NCBI GenBank assembly: GCA_002269645.1
Contig: NIVC01000740.1
Coordinates: forward strand, 195,275 to 259,274
Length of the DNA stretch: 64,000 nucleotides
From: Macrostomum lignano
Taxonomy: Eukaryota
Direction of reading: 5' to 3'
The notes under the pieces were generated by a model. It searched no databases. It was not told where the DNA came from and saw nothing but the letters and a program-made list of their open reading frames with translations. Shown piece by piece: positions 51,755 through 64,000 of the stretch (its first letter is position 1; the number at the start of each line of letters is the position of its first letter). Position numbers and translations under genes: made by a program.

Positions 51755-52559
51755 TCAAGCGCACCGGAATACCTTCTTCCTATTGCGGATCGCCACCATG
51801 GAGCAGATGCCGCTGCAGCAGTCGGAGTCGCTCTGTGCGCACTCGGTTCCGGTGGCCTTGCAGCGGTCTCGCAGGCAGGTGGAGGCGCTGTCTTAAAATG
51901 CCAATGGTTTTGCATTAAATTTTAGATTTTTCGATAAGTTTAAATAATATCGAATTCTTGTTCGATAACACCTAATTGTCGAAGAAGTCATGAAAAATTA
52001 GGTTGTCTGTCATTTCGGACAGAACGACATCGCGACCAAATGTCTTTCCATCGAACACTACAATCCCCTTTGACAGCTCTAGACTGAGCTGACTGATCCT
52101 ACCCACTGCAATCTGCTCACACTGACTGATCCTACCCGCTGCAATCTGCTCACACTGACTGATTGTACCCGCTGAAATCTGCTCACACTGACTGATCCTA
52201 CCCGCTGCAATCTGCTCACACTGACTGATCCTACCCGCTGCAATCTGCTCACACTGACTGATCCTACCCGCTGCAATCTGCTCACACTGACTGATCCTAC
52301 CCGCTGCAATCTGCTCACACTGACTGATCCTACCCGCTGCAATCTGCTCACACTGACTGATCCTACCCGCTGCAATCTGCTCACACTGACTGATCCTACC
52401 CGCTGCAATCTGCTCACACTGACTGATCCTACCCGCTGCAATCTGCTCACACTGACTGATCCTACCCGCTGCAATCTGCTCACTCACAGAAGTTCTTGAA
52501 TGATTATGAAACTTACTGATGATGACTAATAGACAAAATAAGAAGAACAGCAGTCTCAT
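51755..52559 (-). CDS. Secreted inhibitor-cystine-knot (conotoxin-like) peptide D, 2 exons, 59 aa
   Basis: Exon 1 is 52559-52517 (donor A|GTAAGT), the intron is 625 nt, and exon 2 is 51891-51755 (acceptor TTTAAG|, phase 1). Product: MRLLFFLFCLLVIINSASTCLRDRCKATGTECAQSDSDCCSGICSMVAIRNRKKVFRCA*. ATTAAA lies at 51646-51641. Confidence 0.88.
52090..52485. repeat. 33-bp minisatellite (actgactgatcctacccgctgcaatctgctcac)n in the intron of peptide D
   Basis: About 12 units. Confidence 0.96.
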
Positions 52560-54635
52560 GTTTTACCAATGAGTGCGAGCAGTGCAGGAACAAGTGATCT
52601 TTTACAAACGACAGAAGCTAATTGATTGTAAACCACTGCAGCCACATGTGCAACCATTTCTACATGCATTAAGCTCATAATTTTTTTGCCATAGAAATGG
52701 GAAGTTCTCGCTTCTTGTTTCAGCCAGAAGCAACATGCAGCTATAATAACAGAAGATTCATCCAAGATGAATGAAATTCTTCTGCAGAACAAAATTCGCA
52801 AAAAGCATCAACTCTTTTAGTCGCATTGCTCTTTTTGGATGCATACAGTTAGGGGGGGGGGGGCGCGTTTCACAATCGAAAAGGTTTCTAATTTTTAATT
52901 TTTAAAAATCAAAATAAGACGTTAATTACTTAATTTCTACTGCACAGTGTAAATAGACTATACGCTTTAAATCATTGGGACTGTAGAGCCTTCACCAACT
53001 CTGGAAGTGACTGGTGTTGTTATTGCAACAGCGTTTTAGCAATTCAGCTGTGGAGGACCCCGGCATCAGGCGTTGCATGCGTCGCTACCGCAAATCGAGA
53101 TTCCGTTGTACCCCAAAGCGATGCGCTCATTCGGATGTTTCGAAGACGAAACGCACATCCGAGAATGATGTTTCCGGGTCTCCGCAGCCTTTTGTAGTCC
53201 TCGTTCTCTATATCCGACCAGCCAAAACTATTCAGCTTGGCCCAGCTGAAGCAGAACGGGCAGGTTTTCAGCTCAGTCTTGATTCTTGTGGGGTTGTCGG
53301 GGGGGGGGGGGTCAAGGCTCATGTGGTCGCACCGAGTTGGCCGCGGCGGGGCTCAGGTGGAAAACCAAAATTGCAGCAGCAGCGAAGGCAGTAGCGACAC
53401 GGAACGGCTGAGCGTGGCTGCAGTCTTGGCGAACTGAAATTTGTCATTTGGACGCAACTTCTTTTATCGCTAACTTTTGTGGCTAACTTTTATGTTATGA
53501 CTGACTCGTTACTGGCGTAAGAAATAATAACTTGTCTAATTAATAGTGCATATTTCTCGCTCACATACGGAATAAGTTTTTTTCAGCTTAAACCATGACA
53601 AACTAATCAAACAGTAACCAACAGTAGCATGATGCGTAGCAGATCTGAAGTCTTGGCTTACCAGGTTCGGCGACTGTATAGGTCAGAAAAAGTATTTCTG
53701 AAAATGTCAATGAAGATTTGCAGGATATTAAACTTAAATTACTTCGATTTAAATACACATGTAGATGGCGCGTGGAGTTCTGCGAATTTGTAAATTTCCC
53801 CTAATTGCGAATTGATTTTTCGAAGGCATTTTAATTTAAAGAAGATTCAAGCAAATGATTTTTTAAATAATAAATCGCAAAACTCAGACGCAATGGATTG
53901 CGCAGTACTGAAATATAATGGCCAAACACGAGTGCGCGCACGAGTGTCTGTGGCCATTATTTCAGCCCCTTACCTACTACGCAACGGCATTGTCTATAAG
54001 ACACATAGAGGCCATTGTAATTATACTTTTTACCCAGACGCAATAACAAAATATTTGGGCCATTATTCCACAGTTTTGATGTGTACCATAGACATTTGGA
54101 TTGAAAAAATCATCGCACAGCATTTTTGTTGATAAATACATAACAGCAAGGAGTAAATGAACAAAAAGGAAAAAAATCATTAAAACTAAAGTACCAGCTA
54201 CAGGAAAAGAGTTCATTATAAATGTCACAGCTAGTGCAGGTCATCAGTTTGTAGTCGAAATTTGACAATGTGAAAATCTGTCACTCAAAGTGAAACATGC
54301 AGTACTCAAAGCCGCAGTTCCTAAAGATGCTCGACACTTTAGCCTGATGATTTGGCACTGCAAAAGGAGTTGGTCTATTTTGAATGTTTTCTATAAAAGA
54401 GAAATACAGGTGCTCAACTATAGATGCCGAACTTACCATTTGAAAGATGCACGTCTTGGTTGGCTTGCGACTGATAAGCTTCGTCTGATGGCCTTCTTTG
54501 GTAACGCAGTATCCAAGTTGGGATTCTTTGGGACTGTCGGCTGCTCGACTAAATCTATCGGCTGCTTTGAGTCATCGCTTATAGCCATCGAGGCGTTGAA
54601 GACTGCATGGTCGCGTTTTCTTCCTAGGTAGCGCT

Positions 54636-55380
54636 GCACGGTTCGTTCAGTCGTCGACAGGAAGATTTTTTCCAATTAATTAGCGCGGCTGTTTGACGAG
54701 ATGCACCAGTTAAAGTTGTTTGACAAGACAAATAGCTTTTTCTCTCACTACTCGCTTTTCTGTTTCTTACAAGACGCAAGCGAAACCAGCACTCATCACA
54801 GTGTGTCTATGGTCAATCTAAGACACACATCTCAGTGGTCTATGGGTAAAATAACTCTTAAAACAGCCAATTGAAGCATGATAAAAAAGTGTGGAATACC
54901 AATTGAAGCATGATAAAAAAGTGTGGAATAATGACAGCGACAATAGTGTGGAATAATGGCCGCAAAAGTGTGGAATAATGACTGCGCGCTGAGTGAAATT
55001 ATAAGTACAATGCACTTGTATAGTATGCAACTGAGTTGAATACTATACAATCTACCATTATTTCAGCATAACGTAGTCTGCCGGCCATTATTTCAGCGTG
55101 CCGGAAGCGCTATTTCACACTTTTTTATCACGCTTCAATTGGCTGTTTTGAGAGTTATTTTACCCATAGACGACTGAGATGTATGTCTTAGTTTGACCAT
55201 AGACAACACTGTGATGAGTGCTGATTTCGTTTGCGTCTTGCAAGAACTCAGGAAAGCGGGTAGTACGAATGAAAGCTATTTATTTGTCTTGTCAAACAAC
55301 TATGGCTGGTGCATCTCGTCGAACAGCCCCGCGCTTATTAATTGGAAACATCTTCTTGTCGACGACTGAACGAACCGTGC
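54636..55380. mobile_element. Foldback element with ~260-bp inverted arms
   Basis: 54636-54897 is the reverse complement (with some divergence) of 55107-55380. Termini are GCACGGTTCGTTCAGTCGTCGACA... Confidence 0.75.
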
Positions 55381-55764
55381 GACCTATATGCTTCAGTGAA
55401 GATGCGGGGTGAAGGATGAAGAGACACAGGAGATGCGGGTGAAGCATGGTAAGCATAATATGTCAACATTGTAAGTAAATTAGTGTGGCTTATACTAATG
55501 GCTATAGAAACAGAATTTTTTACAATGTCCATTAATGGATTCGGAACGCGCAATTCGCTTCTTCGAGAACTGCCACTTCAAGGATTGCACGTTTCAGTTT
55601 TAATGAGCAACTGCTGATGAACAGTCTATGACTACTGGACGTGTTGCTTTTGTGCTTAATGTGTGCGTTTTCCATTGTTTAGCAATTTGACGATCATTAT
55701 TCACATTTTTAATGCAGAACAATCCATTACTACAAACAATGCATTGTCTGTAGGATCGTCAAAC

Positions 55765-55892
55765 AGAAAAACAATGCAAAGAATCAGCGGTCGCAGCACG
55801 TGACAACGATTTGTCTATGGCTCGCGCCTACCGGCGCTCGCCAGACAATCGTTGTCACGCGCTGGGACCGCTGATTATTTATCCATTGTTTG
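55765..55892. other. Hairpin / MITE-like inverted repeat
   Basis: AATCAGCGGTCGCAGCACGTGACAACGATTTGTCT pairs with AGACAATCGTTGTCACGCGCTGGGACCGCTGATT. Confidence 0.6.
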
Positions 55893-56469
55893 TTAGCTAA
55901 AATGACTATCCTTTTTCAGCGTATTCCAGAATGTTATGTAGACTGTTTGCGATTATTAACCCCTTGTGTCAGTTAATAAATGCATAGTTAACTAATCGTC
56001 TATGGTTCAAACGCCTGCTAAAGCTGAACTAATGGCCAGTTGAGTTTGTCATTTCGCCAGCTAGGCTGTGTCTTATGGACAATGATAGATTGTGTATATG
56101 GTTTTGGAGGTAGACAATGATAAAATTTTCACGAGTGGCTATAAACATTATAGCTAGGTTTGCGTAAGGGGAGCGGTGACGTTACTGGGGGAAATGTGTG
56201 ATATGCATGTGACATGTTGCTGGGGAAATTGTGATGTCTCGACATACATATGTATGGACTAGTAGGCTTCCAAATTCTAATGCAGGACGCGCGGTTCACG
56301 AACATCGCATTGAATTAGGTTGCCCTCTAGAGGTTGGGTGTGGTGCCTCTGACAGCAGGAGAGCCGGGGTGTCGGAAGTTCCATCATCTGTCCGCCAGCG
56401 TCTAGCTAGATCTCTCGACGTGCCCTCGATGTCGTCCTGAACACAGAGAATAACGGTCTATATAGCTAT

Positions 56470-56742
56470 ATACAGTGGTCCTTGGCGGTCAGAGCGTCGT
56501 CGGACTCTCGACTTGAAGGTCGGGGGTTCGATTCCCGGTCCCACTTGAACGATTTGTGCCCTTGAGCAAGACGCTTAACTCTGCATTGCTTCTGTTCACC
56601 CAGCTGTGTAAAATGGGTGCCAGCTGCATTAGCTGGGGTAATTGAGGGTGTGTGTGGCGACCCCCCCCCCCCAGCAGGGGTGTCGGAACCGGGGGGGGCC
56701 CACTTTTTAGCATGATCCTGCAAGTGCCCTTTTTTAATTTCA
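56470..56742 (+). mobile_element. tRNA-derived SINE, younger copy
   Basis: B box GGTTCGATTCC at ~56525. The body aligns with 35985-36210. Confidence 0.8.
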
Positions 56743-56858
56743 AGCAAGTGTCGGCCGGTTTTCGGCTTTGGCTGATATAATAGCTCGTAGTTCAGTCGTT
56801 CTCAATCCTATTCCACTACAGTTTTTATCTAATGTGCCTAAGCCTAGCGCTTTTAGTG

Positions 56859-57578
56859 CAGAGGTCAGCAAACGTTTTACCTCTAGGGCCAGATTGAGAA
56901 CAGCGCATGACTGCCCTTCTGGGTCCGCTTCGCTGGGCCCTCTAAGCAAAACGCGCGCCCAGGAGTCCGCGATGACTGCGGGCTATAAGGAGAGAGGATA
57001 GGGAATAGAGAAGAGAAGAAAATACGAGCGCAGGAGCGAGAAAGGAGAGGCGAAGGAATAAAGGAGAAGAGAGTAGACGAGAAGAAAGATAAAATAGGAG
57101 AGAAGGAGAGGAGAGAGAAGGGAAGGGAGAAGAGAATGGAGAGGAAACGGGAGATGAGAGGAGAGGAAACAAGAGATGAGAGGAGAGGAGAAAGAAGAGA
57201 GGAGAGGAGAGGGAGAGGTGAGATGAGAGGAGAGGAGAGGATAGGAAAGGAGAGGAGAGAGGTGAGGAGATGAGAGGAGAGGAGATGAGAGGAAAGGAGA
57301 GATCGGAGAGGAGAGGAGAGAGGTGAGGAGATGAGAGGAAAGTAGAGAGGAGAGGAGAGGAGAGGAGAGGAGAGGAAAGTAGAGAGGAGAGGAGAGGAGA
57401 GGAGAGGAGAGGACAGGAGAATATGAGAAGAGAGAGGTGAGGGAAGAGAGCTGAGAAGAGACACAAGCATCGAGCGGGCCGGATTGCTATTGTGAAGATT
57501 CAAAAGGACCCAAGGGCCGGATATAGAGAGGCTTTGCGGGCAACATTTGGCTCTCAGGCCGGAGTTTGCCAACCCCCG
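56859..57578 (+). mobile_element. Second hAT-type MITE with an internal AG-rich tract
   Basis: Left end CAGAGGTCAGCAAAC and right end GTTTGCCAACCCCCG. Shares TTTTAC.TC.A..GCCAGAT..AGAA and AAAGGA.CCAAGGG with the 48831-50527 copy. Confidence 0.65.
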
Positions 57579-59523
57579 GCCTGTTTTAGTATTAAGCCTT
57601 TTTTACTTTGGCATCTCTGATCAAAATCCCGAGTCCACCGCAATCCCAAGATAAAAGAATAAAGAGACAGCGCCAAGAGGAACTGATCGAAGGAGGCAGC
57701 CAAGAGATCCAGAAAATTACTGGTCTTGCCCTGGCAATTTTCATTCATTTTGATATGAATTAAGTTGCGCAGTTGCGCAATGTTTGAATTAGTTGAAAAA
57801 CATTTTTTCAAACAGTTAAAACATTTTTAGACTTTTGGCCACACCTAACACAGAATTGAATATTGGCCTGGTTTTCACAATTAATGCCACAAAAACTGAC
57901 ATAACAGCAGGAGTTAGGGTGCCCTTAGATAAAAAAATCATGTGCAATGTGCCCTCCCACCATATAGCCCCCCACTTTGAAATATGTTCCGACACCGCTG
58001 CCCCCCAGTCCTTGGACTGAACAGCTTGGCTGAGCTTCGGTTGCACATCTGCCTATTGGTGTAGGTGTAATCAATTGTTATTATTACGCACAGAGCATTG
58101 AGATGAAACAGCCCGAGGAACGAGGAACCAGATAGAAACAGCCCGAGGACAGAGTCCAATAAATTTACGCTCGTACAGATCGAGCGTACAGTTATATCGA
58201 TGACTTTTCGATGCATTGATATAAGCAAGCCGAAGCTCCAAAGTCGGATTATATATGAGTGCCAAAATTTTGACTGAGGCACGGGGCTGTGGCAGAGTGT
58301 CAAAGACCGAAAAAATGAGGCAGCTTTAGACAGAATTTTAACAGGCTCATTAAGGATAGGTAGCCAAAAAGTACAGCACTCCTTTCAATTTCTGAAGCAG
58401 CAAATTGTCATTGCATGGGCCAGTAGCTAGCTTTATTTGAGTTTTCTGTCTCTACTAATGTAATGGAAATTTAATCCATAGGGTCGAACGCGACGAGACG
58501 ACATTTGTTTTTCGCTTGGTCTTCGGTTTTTGATTTAAGAATTTTTCTATGAATGTCACGCGTCGTATGGTATGGTAGGCTGGTAGCTAGCTAGGCTTGC
58601 AAAAAGCAAGTCCAATGAAAGCTAGAACTAGCAGCTGTCGGCTGGCCGGTTCCAGTTCAGTTGCTGCGTTGCATTTATCATTCATGAGAGGACGTGTATG
58701 CGACCCGTGTTCCAACTCCAACACAGGCTCTTCAAGATGCCTCTAAGTAACCCTAACCCTAACTTTATGATATGTTATGTTATGATAGATGATAAGGCCT
58801 ATCAAGTTTTTTTATTTTGCATTTGCTTTTTCGCTCTTTCGCTTGAAAGCTGCGAGTGGTATAATAAAATTTATACCTACCTAGACTAGAGAATTCTTTG
58901 TATTGTAGACATAGGCCTACCTTAAAAATAGCCCAACCTAAGTAGATTTTTAACTTTTTTGATAGGGGCCTAATGATAATTTTGAATTTTATAATGTAAT
59001 AAGTGCTTTAAAATTCAAGTTTCATTGTTTTATTTACTAAATTGAACCAAAATATTCATTCAATAGGCTAGGGCTCATCCCTATATATGTATGTATATAG
59101 GGCCTAGGCCTATGTATAGTTTTAATACAATGTGAATTAGGGCTAGGCTAATTTGGGCCTTCTATCCAACTAGACCACAAATCAATATTGTAATTTTTGG
59201 AAAATTGGCTAATTGCTTATTTTGTAACTTTTTAACATTAATTTTATAATTTTATTTTGGCAATTTTTATTTTTTCCATGTTTAATTCTTTAAAGTTTAA
59301 TAATTTTTAATTCAAACAAGTACAAAATTATATAGGCTATAAAAATTTGAGAGAAACAAAGGAAAGCTTCTATAACTGGTCAATGAATATAAAAAGAAAA
59401 TAAGCTATAAATAGTTTAAAGCCAGAGAAAAAAAATTAAATTGTACATAATGCAAAACTATATTGCAAGAAAGCTCCAAATATAAACTATGTCCACTTTT
59501 TCATGTTGCTTGGGCGCAACCTT

Positions 59524-59659
59524 GAGATTCACCCGGCCATTTCTATTGGCAACACACGCATGTAAGTCGCTATTGTCTGAGAGCAGTCACGTGACTACTC
59601 TTCTGTCCAATAGCAACTTACATGTGTGTGTTGCCAATAGAAATGGCCGAGTAAATCCC
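59524..59659. mobile_element. MITE-like hairpin with a central GTCACGTGAC palindrome
   Basis: The ~50-bp arm TTCACCCGGCCATTTCTATTGGCAACACACGCATGTAAGTCGCTATTG pairs with 59608-59656. Confidence 0.6.
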
Positions 59660-60078
59660 AAAGTTTTGCATGTATGTTTTTCATTAAAGGTATGCACTTT
59701 TACATGCACCTGTGATTGTGTGTGTATGTGTGTAATAGTGATAGCCCATAATTCATGGGTTTTGTACTTTGAGACAGCGTGGCCAAATGAATACAATGCA
59801 ATTGCAAGAAGTGATTGCAGAGAAGAAAAAGTCACAAAGGCTTGGAAGGCTGGTGTGCACTTATATTATAGTTAAACTACTAACCTGCATGATTCAGCAA
59901 ACACCAAACCCCCCACCCGGCCTAGGCTGGTCTGGGCAGACAGACAAACACCCTAGCCAATCAGAATGCAAGAACACTAACCGGTGTACAAGCTGCATAC
60001 ACAACAATGGAGTCTCAATTGTGACAGCCCAGTGCATCCAAATCTTGCATTTCTTCCACCCACTGCATTTCTCTCCAG

Positions 60079-63000
60079 TCAACGCCAAGAAGTCAGGCTG
60101 CTCAGCAGCCGGAAGGCGCCCCAGGCCAGCTGCAGCAGCTGTCCTATCCCTACCTCAATCTGTTCAAGGAGCTGGGCGTTGGCCAATGGAACAGGTCAGA
60201 GTGCCATGGCGGGGTGGCCTCCTACATGGACCAGACTGTTAAGTCAACTGCCTTCAGCATCCAGGGCGCGGTTTCCGCCTCCAACTACATCCAGCTGCCC
60301 AGGCCTGCTGGCCGCGGCCTGCAGCTGCAGTGCCGCTACCTGTACGTGCAGTTCCGGCCCAGCCCCGGCCGCCACTTCGTGCTGCACGTGGACCTGGCAG
60401 CGGCCGGCACCGCCGCCCCGGTGCGGCTCAGCGTCAGCAGCCTCTACAAGCGGCCTGCCGGCGGCGCCGCTGCCATCAAGCTGCCGTTCGTCTTCGACGC
60501 CGACGGCCGAGGCCGCCTGCTGGCCGCGCCGCCGGACGAGTCCGAGGCGCCGGCGGCCGGGGCGCCCTGCCGGAGGCGGCCCGCTGGACTCTGCTGCGTC
60601 TCGACCTGGACTGGGCGCTGCGGGTGTTCGCCGGGGTTCGTCTCGGCTGCCTGCGCGGCCTTCGGCTCTGCGCCTGCATGAGCGCCCGCGCCGTCTTTGC
60701 CGCCTCCAGGCGCTACCAGCCGGGCGCATCGCCCGGCTCCGAGGAGGCGCTGCCCCGCGCCATGGCCTTCTTCCTGGGCCGCGGCGAGCGCTTTGAAGAT
60801 CGCTACGATTTTGTGCAGCTGCCCGAGCCCACAGTCGAAGCTCGCGAGGCCGCGTCTCCTGTCGGGCCGGCTGAGCGAAGACCCTCGCCGCCGCCTGCGC
60901 CGCTGACGCCGCCGCCGCCTCAACAGCCGCAGTCGTCCTTCGTCAGGCCGGCTGCTTCTGTGCCGGCGTCAGCAGCGGCGGAGCTGCGCCTGTCGCGGGT
61001 GCTGGGCTGCACACAGCCGCACAGCGCCTGCTGGACCCAGGAGGAGCTGGTCTTCCCCTGCCACGCCCTGGTGGTGGCCCAGTGCCTGGCCACCGGCCGC
61101 CAGCGCTTCTTCACCGGCCACACGGACTCCGTTGGCTGCGTGGCCGTGGACTCCGCCTGCGGCCGGATGGCCAGCGGCCAGCGCGGCCTGCTCCGCCTGT
61201 GGGACTTCGCCGGCCAGCGCTGCCTGGCCCACTGTCCGGCCTTTCAGCTGGGCGCCGGCCTTCTGGCCTTCTCGCCCGGCGGCCTTCGGTTGGCTGGCAC
61301 CGGCCGGGACGCTCACGGACGCTTTGTGGTCACCGTCTGGCAGGTGAGCCGGGGCTGGCGTGCTGGGATTTGAATCAAGATAGGATGGGATTTGAGTCAT
61401 GATTGGATGGGATTTGGGCCTGGGATGTGGAATCTGGTGGATAATTTTCCCCACATCCGCGATCCCCAGACGGACGGGCCGGTCGTCCGGTTGCTCGCCA
61501 AGGCCTGCAGCGACCAGGCCCCCGTTGCCCTGCACTTCCTGGACGAGGCGCGCGTAGTCACCTGCGGCCGCGGCGCCGTTCGCTTCTGGCGCGTCAAAGG
61601 CGGCGGCGGCGCCGCCGGAACCTCGGCGCTGCTCCGCTCGGCGCCGGCTGCCCTGGGCGAGTACGCGGCGCTGGACTTCACCGCCGTCTGCCCGCTGCCC
61701 GGGCCTGCCGACGCTGACCCGCTGGTGCTGGCCTGCGCCCGGTCCGGCCACGTGCTCGAGCTCGGCGCCTCCGACCTGGCCGTCCGGCGCGCCCGCCGCC
61801 TGCTGCCGTCGGACCGGACAGCCTGGCGTGGCCGAGCTCGGCCGGCCGGCATCGAGGTGTCCGCGGTGGCGGCCAACGAGTCCTTCTGCGTGACGGGCTC
61901 GGCCGATGGCTTCCTGCGCGTCTGGCCGCTCGACTTCTCGCAGGTGGGTCTTCGACTCGAGGTCCCTCACTTGAAGCTCGCTTTATCTCTGTGTTTGACC
62001 CTGGGACTAATTTGTGCGGGCTGATTTGGAAATGAACTGGTGCACCGCCTCTTGCAGGGAAGTCTAGTTATAATGTATTGAAATTTCCTCTTATCTTGAA
62101 ATTGACCAAAAATACCTTGACCAAAATTACACCTGACTGAATTACACTTGACTGTAGCTGACCAAATCATACCTGACCAAATTACACCTGACCAAATTAC
62201 ACCTGACCAAATTACACCTGACCAAATTACACCTGACCAAATTACACCTGACCAAATTACACCTGACCAAATTACACCTGACCAATTTACACCTGACCAA
62301 ATTATAACCTGACCAAATTACACCTGACCAAATTACACCTGACTAAATTACACCTGACCAAATTATAACCTGACCAAATTACACCTGACCAAATTACACC
62401 TGACCAAATTACACCTGACCAAATTACACCTGACCAAATTACACCTGACCAAATTACACCTGACCAAATTACACCTGACCAAATTACACCTGACTAAATT
62501 ACACCTGACCAATTTACACCTGACCAAAAAGCACCTGACCAATTTACACCTGACCAAAAAGCACCTGACCAAATTACACCTGACCAAATAGCACCTGACC
62601 AAATTACACCTGACCAAATAGCACCTGACCAAATTACACCTGACCGAATTAAACCTGACCGATATTACCCCAAACCTTACCTTATGAAATTCCCCGCTCG
62701 CCCAGGTGCTCCTCGAGGCCGAGCACGAGAGCCCAGTGGTGACCGCCGCTCTCAGTCGGGACGGCGCCAGCGCCCTGGCCGCCACCGCCGCCGGCTGCCT
62801 CGGAGTCCTGGACGTTGCCCGCCGCGCCTACCGGACACTCGTCCGCTCGCCCGGCCCCGGCCCGGTTGCCTCGCCCACCTCGGCCGGGACACCCTGGCCA
62901 CGGTGTCCGCCGGCGACAAGTCGCTCCGCCTGTGGAGCTCCGACCGCCTCGACCAGTGCCAGAGCTTCGGCCTCGCTGAGCCGCCCTGCCGCGTCGCTGT

Positions 63001-63804
63001 TCACCCCCGCGACGGCCTCGCCGCTTGCGGCTTCCGCTCCGGCCACGTCCGCTTGTTCGACCTGGCCGCCGCTTCCATGCTGGGTGAGCGGCGCAGCCAT
63101 AGCGGCGCCGTCAGCGGGCTCGCCTTCTCCGCCTGCGGCCTCCGCCTGTTCTCCTGCGGCTCCGACGGCGGCCTGTCGGTTCACGACGCCTCGGCGGCCT
63201 GCGCGCTGCTCCGCTCCGTGCCCGACGTTGTCGCCAGGGTCGGCGCCGGCGGCTCCGAGGACCGTCCGAGCCCGCTGGCCGTGGACTCGGCCGACCCCGG
63301 CGGCTCCCTCATTGCCTACATCGGGCCGACCGGCGCCGCGGTTGTCGTGGCCGAAGGCGCCACCCTCGCTGAGCTGATCCGCGTAGACGTCACCATGGTC
63401 GCCGGGGCGGGCGTGGCGGACGCAGCCCGCGCCTGCAGTTCGGCGCCGGGCACCTCCTGGTGGCCACGGAGGGCGGCCGCCTACTTCGATTGGAGCGCCG
63501 TTCCGGCCGCCTGGCCTCCCAGCTGTCCGGCCTCGGCCGCTGCGACTGCCTCTGCCTGAGCCCGGACGGCCGTTACTGCGTGGCCGGGGTTGGCCGGCAG
63601 CTGAAGCTGTTCCAGAACTGCTCGACCGGACAGGTGCAGTTCTCCAGCTTCCTGGGCCACAGCGGCCGAATTTGCGCGCTCGCCTTTAGCGCCGACGGCG
63701 CCAGACTGATGTCCGTTGGGGAGGCGGTCCTCGTCTGGGACTTCATGGCCCCGCCGGCATCTGAGAAGCCTGCCGAGAACCTCAGGACTGAGAACGGCGC
63801 CAAG
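60079..63804 (+). CDS. WDR90: WD repeat-containing protein 90 (CFAP20-like N-terminal domain + WD40 repeats), partial, with apparent frameshifts
   Basis: Exons 60079-61343, 61470-61943 and 62706-63804 (tentative donor). Motifs YPYLNLFK, IQGAVSASNYIQLP, RYLYVQFRP, RAMAF...DRY, FFTGHTDSV and SADGFLRVWPLDF match the WDR90 architecture. Frame switches occur at ~60565, ~62870 and ~63440. The start exon was not located and the gene probably continues past the window. Confidence 0.85.
62170..62660. repeat. 15-bp minisatellite (ctgaccaaattacac)n in a WDR90 intron
   Basis: About 32 units. Confidence 0.95.
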
Positions 63805-63819
63805 GTTTGTGGACAGTGA

Positions 63820-64000
63820 AACCAGCCCCGCCTGACTCCCAATGCCACATCAGCCTCCCCACCTCACTCCCAATGTACATCAGCCTCCCCACCTCACTCC
63901 CAATGTACATCAGCCTCCCCACCTCACTCCCAATACACATCAGCCTCCCCACCTCACTCCAATACATCAGCCTCCCACCTCACTCCAATGTACATCAGCC
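63820..64000. repeat. ~30-bp minisatellite (cagcctccccacctcactcccaatgtacat)n
   Basis: Tandem units continue to the window end. Confidence 0.9.

Overview
Animal genomic DNA with GC-rich spliced exons, introns packed with minisatellites and AT-rich spacers depleted of CpG. The style resembles the flatworm Macrostomum lignano; this is an inference and was not verified. Housekeeping genes reconstructed by hand are a complete 14-exon clathrin heavy chain (3001-18752, 1674 aa), a 7-finger C2H2 gene, UBXN1 and the 5' part of WDR90. Mobile DNA includes a degenerate Gypsy LTR element, an intact hAT transposon with perfect TIR/TSD nested in an old CpG-decayed derivative of itself, two PHD-finger MULE elements, a truncated LINE, SINEs and several MITE/foldback elements. 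The main discovery is missed by the ORF track because the genes are short and spliced. It is a family of three two-exon genes (21461-21945, 22505-22829, 51755-52559, all minus strand) encoding signal peptide + conotoxin-like inhibitor-cystine-knot peptides with an extra conserved N-terminal Cys. A fourth small secreted-peptide gene (23527-24626) is transcribed divergently from the tandem pair. Next to it lies an IFIT-like TPR gene spliced to a ZC3H7/HELZ2-like zinc-finger module (25700-28577).
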